39,818 bases of DNA from positions 1 to 39,818 of IMG/VR virus record IMGVR_UViG_3300000052_000001; one strand, 5' to 3'. The position numbers and the translations under genes are program-made. Shown here one piece after another: positions 7,344-14,198 of the stretch. Each line of letters opens with the position of its first letter. The first letter of the stretch is position 1. This DNA comes from a virus. A model generated the notes under the pieces. The model saw nothing but the letters and a program-made list of their open reading frames with translations, was not told the origin of the DNA and did not search any database.

Positions 7344-8209
7344 GCTGTTTGCTCCAGGGGTTGAGTGAGTTCGGCTTTGCGCTTGTCCTTCGCTGCGTTG
7401 AGCTTGGCAAGCGTCTCGGGGTAGTCCTGCACCTGGCGGTAGGCGGCGCCGTAGACGCTTTGCAGTTCGTGCATCGTCTCCACCAGCGGGATTTTGCTGA
7501 TCGCCTCGGCGGCGGTGTCGGCTGCTTGCTGCTCTTGGCTGCGGCCGTCGTTGAGCCAGGCCAGCAGCTTGGCGCCAGTCTCAGGCGTGATAACTTCGGG
7601 ATGCTGGAACAGGCGCGTCCGGTCCTTGCTGGCAACGGCGTAATGGCCGTCGTGGGTCACGTCGAGAACCACGGTAAATTCGTAGTCCGTGCCGTCCCGC
7701 TGTTCGCTTTTGAGGCCGAGCTTGACGATCTTCTTGCCCTCGCCCTGGACGGTTTCCGTCTTGCTGCGCATCGTGCAGATGATGTGCAGGGGGCTGGTCA
7801 GGATCTTGTCTGTGAGCTTGCGGTGGCGCGGCGTTGTCTCGCTCCAGGCTGCCCAGGTGTTGCCCTTACAGTTGGTCTTGGCGTAGGTGTCGTTGATCTC
7901 CAGGCAGCCGCCCGGCCCGGTCCATTCGTGCGAATAGCTGTCGATGATCAGCACGTCATAGCCCGCAGCCTCTGCCGCCTGGATGGCCTCGACGTAGCGC
8001 TCGGGCGAGTAGGGCGCGTGCAACTCCATCACGTCGAACTCGGCGGCATCGGCATACAGCGATGCGCTGCCGTGCTCGGTGTCGATGACGGCGATCTTGC
8101 TGCCCAGCCCCTTTGCCATCTGGAGCGCGGAATAGGTCTTGCCCGACCCGGAAGGCCCCGCCAGTGCCAGCCGTAGCCGGGCCTGCTTGCGTTCGGCTTT
8201 CTTGAACAT
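7340..8209 (-). CDS. Sak4-like / AAA_24 RecA-fold ATPase (single-strand annealing recombinase family)
   Basis: 289 aa from MFKKAERKQ with a GAGG Shine-Dalgarno. Walker A GPSGSGKT and Walker B VLIIDSYS. Directly upstream of ssb with an ATGA overlap. Confidence 0.8.
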   Translation of the reverse strand: MFKKAERKQARLRLALAGPSGSGKTYSALQMAKGLGSKIAVIDTEHGSASLYADAAEFDVMELHAPYSPERYVEAIQAAEAAGYDVLIIDSYSHEWTGPGGCLEINDTYAKTNCKGNTWAAWSETTPRHRKLTDKILTSPLHIICTMRSKTETVQGEGKKIVKLGLKSEQRDGTDYEFTVVLDVTHDGHYAVASKDRTRLFQHPEVITPETGAKLLAWLNDGRSQEQQAADTAAEAISKIPLVETMHELQSVYGAAYRQVQDYPETLAKLNAAKDKRKAELTQPLEQTA

Positions 8210-8214
8210 GGTGT

Positions 8215-8358
8215 TTACCTCGGTTGGTTGTCCCACTGCCGCAGGATCGCGGCCATTGCTGATTCGTACTCGGCGCGATCCGCCCCGGCATAGCGCTCGG
8301 GGTGAAAGGCGCCCTCTGCCGTCCAATCGAGCTGGGCAGCGATGCGCGGGCTGCTCAT
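8215..8358 (-). CDS. Small hypothetical protein (47 aa)
   Basis: ATG at 8358 forms an ATGA overlap with the upstream gene. Confidence 0.4.
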   Translation of the reverse strand: MSSPRIAAQLDWTAEGAFHPERYAGADRAEYESAMAAILRQWDNQPR

Positions 8359-8552
8359 GTCGTAATGCTCCCCGCTGTCGCGCAGCGCTTGTCGTAACGA
8401 TGGACCCACGGCCCGCCCTGCTCGCGACCGGCCTTGATGGGCCAGCCGATGTAGCCGAGCGATTCGGCCAGTTCGATGACCTCGCTCAGGGTGCGGCCGG
8501 CGACTTCTTCGAGCTGTTCGTCGGTGATCGACTTGACGAGTGCCGTGGTCAT
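8355..8552 (-). CDS. Hypothetical protein (65 aa)
   Basis: ATGA overlaps on both sides. Confidence 0.55.
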   Translation of the reverse strand: MTTALVKSITDEQLEEVAGRTLSEVIELAESLGYIGWPIKAGREQGGPWVHRYDKRCATAGSITT

Positions 8553-8824
8553 GGCTGGTCTCCTTGCGCGCCCATAATCGCGCTCCTAATTACCGCCCAC
8601 TCCTCGTCTGTGCAGTGCTGCGCGAGGGGTTTGCTTGTGGCGATCAGCAGGGCTTCTAGGAGGTCGGGGGCGCTGGCGATCAGGCGGGCGTCTGCTGCCG
8701 TGTTGTCGTGCTTTACTCTGCCGCCAGCCGGCATGATTGCGAGGCTGCCAATGCTGGCGATGCAGTACGCATCGGCGGCTTTCTCAACTACCCAAGGGCC
8801 GGGCGTAAAACTTGGCTTGCTCAT
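8549..8824 (-). CDS. Hypothetical phage protein (91 aa, TPGPW...APDLLEAL type)
   Basis: ATG at 8824 preceded by GGAAGGAAGG. ATGA overlap with the upstream stop. Confidence 0.6.
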   Translation of the reverse strand: MSKPSFTPGPWVVEKAADAYCIASIGSLAIMPAGGRVKHDNTAADARLIASAPDLLEALLIATSKPLAQHCTDEEWAVIRSAIMGAQGDQP

Positions 8825-9045
8825 GCTGCCTTCCTTCCTGTCAGTTCCTTCCATCGCTTGTCCGCAGCCTCATCCAGCCGCGCCAGGGCTTTCCGGTAGT
8901 GCGCGTCACCGATCAGGCCGCAGGCATACGCCAGCTCAGCCATTCCCCAGCCGTACATCTGCTCGGAGTGCGGCGACAGATGCTCGGGAATGCCGTCGAT
9001 AACACGCTCGATCAGCTCGGCGGCCTTGCTTTGTGGGTAGCTCAT
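8821..9045 (-). CDS. Hypothetical protein (74 aa)
   Basis: Part of the translationally coupled chain. Confidence 0.6.
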   Translation of the reverse strand: MSYPQSKAAELIERVIDGIPEHLSPHSEQMYGWGMAELAYACGLIGDAHYRKALARLDEAADKRWKELTGRKAA

Positions 9046-9257
9046 GCGGCCATCTCCCTATTGATTTCGTCGGCGTGTTCGCGGCGCCGGGAGGCTTCCA
9101 ATTCGAGGAAGTCGTCGATGCGGTCGTCGCAGTGTTCGAGGAAGGCGCGCACCGTGGCCTCGTCGAGCTCTTCGAGCTGGTCGCGGATCGCTTCTTCGAG
9201 CAATGTGGCTTCATCCGGGCACGGGTATTCCCGAAACCCTGTTTCGTGTCTGGTCAT
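9042..9257 (-). CDS. Hypothetical acidic protein (71 aa)
   Basis: GAGG Shine-Dalgarno. First gene after the 445-nt ORF-free region. Confidence 0.6.
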   Translation of the reverse strand: MTRHETGFREYPCPDEATLLEEAIRDQLEELDEATVRAFLEHCDDRIDDFLELEASRRREHADEINREMAA

Positions 9258-9370
9258 TTGGGATGCCTCGATTGCCCGGGCGGGCGTTGAATGGGTGCCG
9301 GTCTTTCCCGGCTGTCAGCCCTTGGCTTGGAAGGCCGCAGGCGAGCCCCTGAAGGGTCTCAGGCGTGCAC

Positions 9371-9554
9371 TGCATCGGGGAGCCAGCTGTGCTACTGAGC
9401 GCGGGGTGCGCCAACACCTTGTTCCGCTTGCGCTTCGCTGGCTGCCGTGGGAGTAATTGGCGCCCAGCTGGCTCTCCGATGCAGGCTCTTAACGCGAGCC
9501 ATTCGGCACATCCCGCAGGCGTGTACTACCTGCTGACGTGCTGCCGGGGTTTTT
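9371..9554 (+). ncRNA. Candidate structured RNA antisense to the early-left operon: 19-bp stem, small hairpin, then a terminator-like hairpin with a U-tract
   Basis: Arms 9371..9389 and 9465..9483 pair over 19 bp. The only non-Watson-Crick pair is G.U on the plus strand and would be C.A on the minus strand. Hairpin ggctc/gagcc at 9484..9501. Stem cccgcag/ctgc(c)ggg at 9512..9549 followed by TTTTT. No promoter recognised. Confidence 0.35.
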
Positions 9555-9702
9555 CAGTCTCAAGGCACGATCCGGCTAATCCTCGTCACAGTTATCCGCT
9601 GCCGGCCCGCCGTGCTCGGGTGTGATATGTGCCTGCTACCGATCCCCGGCAGGCGCTGGGCAGGAGGTGTCTTCCGTGACGCCGGATCGGCTCCGGCTGT
9701 GT

Positions 9703-10011
9703 TCAGGCGCGCCTTTGGATGCCTGCTCGGCGTAGCTCGGCGCGCATGTGCAGTTGCCAGATCGGCGGGCCGACTGACTCGGCATAGCCTTGGCCTCTCA
9801 GGCTTTTGATCACCTCGCCAAGGACCGATTCGGCCTCGCGAAAGCTGCGGAACGAGCGGTAAAAGCGCACGTCGACGGGCTGCTTACCGTGAAGCCCGGC
9901 AGCGCAGAGCAACGCCCAAGGGGCGCCAGAACGCAACAATGGACTGATGCAGCACTCAATCCGCAGCACTGATCCGCTTTGGTAGCGGGTCATGCACAGC
10001 GCATCCGACAT
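9703..10011 (-). CDS. Hypothetical protein (102 aa), possibly a degenerate WGR-like fold
   Basis: ATG at 10011 preceded by GAGGGA. PWALLCAAGLHGKQ...FRSFREAESVLGEVIKSLRGQGY loosely follows the WGR-domain pattern, but the WGR triad itself is absent. Confidence 0.5.
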   Translation of the reverse strand: MSDALCMTRYQSGSVLRIECCISPLLRSGAPWALLCAAGLHGKQPVDVRFYRSFRSFREAESVLGEVIKSLRGQGYAESVGPPIWQLHMRAELRRAGIQRRA

Positions 10012-10105
10012 AAGAAAATCCCTCGCGATATGTGGCGCTGCCAGCACCGGGCGCCCTCGGTTAATCGCAGGCCGTAAAGCCTGTCCTGGCTGGCTCAGGG
10101 GTGTG

Positions 10106-10339
10106 TTACTTGCCGCGGGCTTCGAGCATTGCGTCGGCCATCGCGTACGCAACTCTTGCTACTGAGTGGTTGTCGCCGCCAGCGCTCGGGGATGTAATGC
10201 TCAGCCCGTTGGCGCGCAGGAGGGGCTGCATCGCCTTCGCCGCGAAGTAGTCGCGCAGCGTCATGCCGCGAGTGCCGTAGTCTTCCTCGCGATTGGCGTC
10301 CACTGTCGGAAACGCCGGCCCGCCGTTGTCTTTGCTCAT
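10106..10339 (-). CDS. Hypothetical phage protein (77 aa, GGPAFP motif)
   Basis: ATG at 10339 preceded by GAGGAGAG. Confidence 0.55.
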   Translation of the reverse strand: MSKDNGGPAFPTVDANREEDYGTRGMTLRDYFAAKAMQPLLRANGLSITSPSAGGDNHSVARVAYAMADAMLEARGK

Positions 10340-10353
10340 CTCGCTCTCCTCAT

Positions 10354-10509
10354 TCAAAAAACAAACCGCCCCGAAACCCTGACCGCAGCCGGCCGACTCA
10401 TCGCCTGGCGTGTCGGCCTCATCGGCTCTCGGCGTACTGGCTGTCGCTCTGGGATGAGCAGCAGCACGATTAGCGTGAGGGCTAGCAGTGCCCATGCTTT
10501 GTCGGTCAT
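10354..10509 (-). CDS. Small membrane peptide (51 aa, below the ORF-track cutoff)
   Basis: My translation: MTDKAWALLALTLIVLLLIPERQ... One hydrophobic helix. AAGGAAGGAG Shine-Dalgarno. Confidence 0.4.
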   Translation of the reverse strand: MTDKAWALLALTLIVLLLIPERQPVRREPMRPTRQAMSRPAAVRVSGRFVF

Positions 10510-10533
10510 GGCGGGGCTCCTTCCTTGGGGTGG

Positions 10534-10845
10534 TTACTCGCTCGGCGGTGGCGGCAGGGGCATCCAGTGGGTTATCACTCCCTCAGTAACTGCGATGCTG
10601 GAGTACTCGTCCCAGTTGTCCATCAGCTCATACCAGCCGGCAGTCAGGTAGAAGCAATCAGATTCCTCGTCATGCTCGACACACTGCGTGTCAGGGTCGG
10701 CGCATTCCCATTCCGCTTCGCGACTCTTTGGCGCGACGTATTCAGCCCTGATGCGACGACCCTTGCTGAAGGAGTTGGTGTAGTAGGCGAGGACGTTTTC
10801 GCCTGATTCCGGCAGCCGCTCCTCAACGCTTATCCATTCGCTCAT
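10534..10845 (-). CDS. DUF551-domain protein
   Basis: WISVEERLPE...THWMPLPPPP is the typical DUF551 signature. First gene of the leftward early operon. Confidence 0.8.
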   Translation of the reverse strand: MSEWISVEERLPESGENVLAYYTNSFSKGRRIRAEYVAPKSREAEWECADPDTQCVEHDEESDCFYLTAGWYELMDNWDEYSSIAVTEGVITHWMPLPPPPSE

Positions 10846-11075
10846 CTCAGCCTCCTATGTGCTGATCAGTAGATTCCCCCTGATGCGCCCCGCTTGAGGC
10901 GCATCGAGGAATCGTCTGTTTCAAAGAACTCATTGCCAGTCGGTCCCCTTCGCGGGGGCTGGGAGATCATTTCGCTGATCCCGTGCTGAGCCGGCGTGTC
11001 CGGCGAGGTGTTCCGGGTTGCCCCGAGGCATCGCTGCCTGTGTTCCGATTTGTGCTGTACGCAAACCGTGGATGC

Positions 11076-11104
11076 AATATCGCGCATGCCGAACATTGCG
11101 TCAA
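11076..11104 (-). promoter_or_regulatory. Candidate pL: TTGACG-17-GATATT on the minus strand
   Basis: -35 at 11104..11099 and -10 at 11081..11076. Lies just downstream of the cI terminator. Overlaps motifs shared with the cI-cro intergenic region. Confidence 0.35.
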
Positions 11105-11130
11105 GCGCAAATTTGAACTTTTTGAAGACG

Positions 11131-11157
11131 AAAAAAAGCCCGCTCAACGGCGGGCTT
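11131..11157 (-). terminator. Rho-independent terminator of the cI transcript
   Basis: Minus strand: stem gcccgc / loop cgttga / stem gcgggc, followed by TTTTTTT. Lies 29 nt after the cI stop. Confidence 0.8.
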
Positions 11158-11185
11158 GTGTGCGTAACTTTTACAGGTTTGCGGG

Positions 11186-11827
11186 CTACAGCACCTCGCC
11201 TTTGAAGATCACGACGCCAAGAATGCTGTCGCCATCGCCAAGCTTCACGATCCTGTCGGGCCAGGCGTCATTGAGAGCCTTTAAGTAGCGGCTGCCGCCC
11301 TCTGTGAATAGCTGCCGAAACATCGGCTCGCCTCCCTGTGCCAGCTGCGCAACGACCAGTGCGCCGTCGACGACCGCGCGGTCGGGATCGACATAAATGA
11401 AGTCGCCCGGCCGGAAGGACCGTGGTGACCTGGCGCAAAGCATCGACTCCCCCGAGACGCGCAATGCAAAGGTGCGTGGGCCGTGCTGAACCGGGCAGGG
11501 CACCCAATCCTCGGCATCCGTAGCTTTGAACGACTGCATAGATTCCATCCATTGTGTTATGTGGCCCCAGGATATTACCGGGACACTACTGGATGGAATA
11601 CCAGTATTTTCAGCGCCAGACCGCATTGTTGCGGCGTCTATGACTCCGCTCAAGGAAATTCCAAGCGCTGCGAACAGTTTCGCCAAGATTTCCTGGCTTG
11701 CGCCCTGCTTGCCGCGCTCAACCCGCGACAAATTGCCCGCGTCGGCACCAACCATGCCGGCCAGCTCTTCGAGGGTCATCCCCTTGGCAAGCCTTGCTTT
11801 GCGGATGGCAACTCCGATCTCGCTCAT
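11186..11827 (-). CDS. cI-type repressor (XRE HTH plus S24 LexA-like autopeptidase)
   Basis: 213 aa from MSEIGVAIRKARLAKGMTLEELA. C-terminal GESM (Ser nucleophile) and a downstream Lys (YLKALN). Divergent from cro. Confidence 0.9.
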   Translation of the reverse strand: MSEIGVAIRKARLAKGMTLEELAGMVGADAGNLSRVERGKQGASQEILAKLFAALGISLSGVIDAATMRSGAENTGIPSSSVPVISWGHITQWMESMQSFKATDAEDWVPCPVQHGPRTFALRVSGESMLCARSPRSFRPGDFIYVDPDRAVVDGALVVAQLAQGGEPMFRQLFTEGGSRYLKALNDAWPDRIVKLGDGDSILGVVIFKGEVL

Positions 11828-11976
11828 TTCGATACGCCCCTGATAAACGGTCGTTTCATCTTCTACTTTAATGCACATTACGCAAAAGCGCACAGAACAA
11901 ATTGTGCTTGCAACACATATGTTTCTAGCGCAAAATCTGTGGCGCAACTGGGAACATTGGCAGCGAGGGAAGTTCC
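11828..11976. promoter_or_regulatory. Divergent pRM/pR promoter-operator region; candidate pR is TTGCAA-17-CAAAAT (11908..11936, plus strand)
   Basis: AT-richer than its surroundings. Alternating CACA/TGTG inverted elements (GCACAgaacaaatTGTGCttgcaaCACA). Motifs ACGCAAA, AGCGCAAA and GAACATTG are shared with the pL region. Confidence 0.5.
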
Positions 11977-12213
11977 GTGACGCCACTGAAAAAAGCGCGA
12001 CTGGCCAAAGGCTGGGTTCTGGAGGACGTGGTTTTCCGACTGAAGCGCATCGGCGGGTCAGCGGACGTAGGAAACCTGTCCCGCATCGAGCGGGGCTTGC
12101 AGAAAGCATCTGTTGAGCTGGCGGCATCACTTGTCCGGGTTTTCGGCAAGCGCTCCCTAAGCGAGATGCAGGTGCTGTACCCCGAGCGGTACATGGAAAA
12201 AGAAAGCGCGTGA
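11977..12213 (+). CDS. cro: Cro-like XRE-family HTH regulator
   Basis: GTG start 7-8 nt after GAGGGA. 78 aa. LKKARLAKGWVLEDV...GNLSRIERG parallels the repressor HTH. Confidence 0.8.
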   Translation: MTPLKKARLAKGWVLEDVVFRLKRIGGSADVGNLSRIERGLQKASVELAASLVRVFGKRSLSEMQVLYPERYMEKESA

Positions 12214-12636
12214 CAAGCCGCTGGGCTGGCTAGCAGCCCGAGGGCGCCTTCTCCGAGCAGGCGCGGCGGAATGGAGTGATGACCGAATCATCGGGTTTGG
12301 CGTTTGACGGTGTAACGAACGCTTGGCGCCAACCCTGATAGCAGCAGCCGGCAAAAGGCTCCCAAGGCCGGCAGGAGAGGGAAGCGGGTGATGTGGCTAT
12401 CACCAGTGGGCAGCTCCGGGATGCGTCGTCGCTGACGTGAATCCTGCCCAAGTGACAGCGAGCGGTTCGACTGTCGCCAGCATCGCCGAGTACCAGGCGC
12501 CCTGCTGAAAGCTCCATACCCGCGTTGGTGGGTATGGGGAAGATGTGCCCCAAAGCACCCTGAGCCAGCAGGGAAGTAAGTGTAAGAGCTGAGTAGTACG
12601 CACATGCGAGGGCTCAGCAGCAAACGGCGCGAACTG

Positions 12637-12694
12637 CGCAAACAAAAACGCCCCACAGCGGCTAGGCAGGCGGGGCGTTACTCAACAAGCGAGC
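12637..12694 (-). ncRNA. Candidate OOP-like antisense sRNA (about 55 nt)
   Basis: Perfect TATAAT on the minus strand at 12706..12701. About 15 nt downstream of the predicted transcription start lies stem ACGCCCC/GGGGCGT (12678..12648), followed by TTTTTGTTTG. Antisense to the helicase 5' leader. Confidence 0.35.
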
Positions 12695-12707
12695 GAGGGA
12701 ATTATAC

Positions 12708-14198
12708 ATGCAGCAGCTAAGAGACTACCAGCAGGACGCGCTAAACGAACTGCGCCGGGGTATCGGGCAGGGCTACAAGGCCCAAGTCCTCATGGCTCCG
12801 ACTGGCGCAGGGAAGACCACGATTGCGTCCGCGATGAAGCAGGGGGCCATGCTCAAGGGCAAGCGCGCGTTCTTCGTCGTGGACAGCCTGGAGCTGGTCG
12901 AGCAGGCCGTGACGCGCTTCGAGGCTGACGGCCTTGAGGTTGGCGTGATCCAGGGGCAGCACGAGCTGACGAACTACAGCAAGCCGGTCCAGGTTTGCAC
13001 GATCCAGACGCTGCGCGCCCGCTGGGATCGCATCTGCGCGGCTTTCCGGCCGGACCTGCTGGTCATTGACGAGTGCCATGTGCTGCACAAGGACCACATT
13101 CGCATCATTGAAGAGTGCGTGAAGGCGGGCGTCCCGGTGATCGGCCTGTCTGCGACCCCGTTCCGCAAGGGCATGGGCCTAGTGTTCGACCGCCTGGTCG
13201 TAACTGCGACCCTGCGCAGCCTCACAGAGCAGGGCTATCTGGTGCCGGCTCAGTGCTACGCGCCGAGCGTGCCGGATCTGACGGGCGTGAAAAGCAACGG
13301 CGGCGACTGGGTGGAAGACGCGCTCGCCGAAGTGATGGGTGACGCGAAGCTGGTCGGCGACGTGGTGGACAACTGGTGCCGTCTCGCTGAGGGGCGCCAG
13401 ACCATCGTCTTCGGGTGCAACGTCGCGCACAGTCGCGAACTGGCCCGGCAATTCAAGCTGGCCGGGGTAAGGGCGGCGCACGTTGACGGGTACACCGATA
13501 TCGCCGAGCGCACGCAGATCATCGGCGCATTCCGCGCTGGCGCCATCCGCGTGCTGTGCAACGTGGCGGTGCTGACCAAAGGCTTCGACGCGCCGGAAAC
13601 GTCCTGCGTCGTGCTGGCCCGCCCCACAAAATCGCTGATGATGCACTATCAGATGATGGGGCGCGGTCTGCGCACCGCTTCCGGCAAATCCGACTGCATC
13701 ATCATTGACCACGCCGGCAACTGCCTGCGCAATGGCCTGCCGACCGATGAACTTCCTGTCGCGCTGGATGACGGCAAGGGTGACAACCCCGACCGCAAGA
13801 AGCGCGACAAGGAGAAGGCAGAGCGCGAGCCGCGCCCTTGCGGCCAATGCGGCTACGTCTACTCGACCTCCCGCTGCCCCGCCTGCGGCCACCAGCCGCT
13901 CCCGCATCAAGACGTGGAATGGGTGGACGGCAAGCTGGTCCCGCTCGGCGAAGTGAAGCGCAAGACCTTCTCGACCGCCGACAAGCTCGACATTTATGCA
14001 CAGCTTCTGAGCTATGCCCGCCGCACTGGCAAGCAAGACGGCTGGGCATACCACAAGTGCCGCGAATATTGCGGCTCCGCGCCACGCGACACCAAGTCCG
14101 TCAGCCCGAAGCCGGCCGGCAGCGAGATTGCCGCCTGGATCAAGCACAAAAACATCGCCTTCGCCAAGCGCCGTGACGCGGGGAGGGCGGCAGCATGA
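12708..14198 (+). CDS. Superfamily-2 DEAD/DEAH-box DNA helicase with C-terminal zinc ribbon
   Basis: Motif I APTGAGKT, motif II DECH, motif III SAT, motif VI QMMGRGLR. CGQCG...CPACG near the C-terminus. Confidence 0.9.
   Translation: MQQLRDYQQDALNELRRGIGQGYKAQVLMAPTGAGKTTIASAMKQGAMLKGKRAFFVVDSLELVEQAVTRFEADGLEVGVIQGQHELTNYSKPVQVCTIQTLRARWDRICAAFRPDLLVIDECHVLHKDHIRIIEECVKAGVPVIGLSATPFRKGMGLVFDRLVVTATLRSLTEQGYLVPAQCYAPSVPDLTGVKSNGGDWVEDALAEVMGDAKLVGDVVDNWCRLAEGRQTIVFGCNVAHSRELARQFKLAGVRAAHVDGYTDIAERTQIIGAFRAGAIRVLCNVAVLTKGFDAPETSCVVLARPTKSLMMHYQMMGRGLRTASGKSDCIIIDHAGNCLRNGLPTDELPVALDDGKGDNPDRKKRDKEKAEREPRPCGQCGYVYSTSRCPACGHQPLPHQDVEWVDGKLVPLGEVKRKTFSTADKLDIYAQLLSYARRTGKQDGWAYHKCREYCGSAPRDTKSVSPKPAGSEIAAWIKHKNIAFAKRRDAGRAAA

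Noticed and set aside
9371-9483. Retron msr/msd or MITE-like element suggested by the 19-bp inverted repeat
   Set aside because: No reverse transcriptase is encoded anywhere in the genome. The arms enclose only 75 nt and no target-site duplication is visible. A structured RNA is the more economical reading.
10866-11147. 93-aa minus-strand ORF (and plus-strand ORFs 10983..11288 and 10996..11205) in the cI-pL gap
   Set aside because: Its start lies inside the cI terminator stem. The region is the putative pL promoter and leader, and the products look non-protein-like.
12276-12342. Hammerhead-like CUGAUGA motifs (GTGATGA at 12276, CTGATAG at 12335)
   Set aside because: The first is consumed by a simple GATGA/TCATC hairpin. 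The second deviates at the invariant G8/A9 positions. No matching GAAA and cleavage-site arrangement is present.
13179-14147. 322-aa minus-strand ORF, and similar ORFs such as 7349..8176 (plus strand), antisense to the helicase and the Sak4-like ATPase
   Set aside because: They run antisense to genes with clear catalytic motifs and have biased composition.
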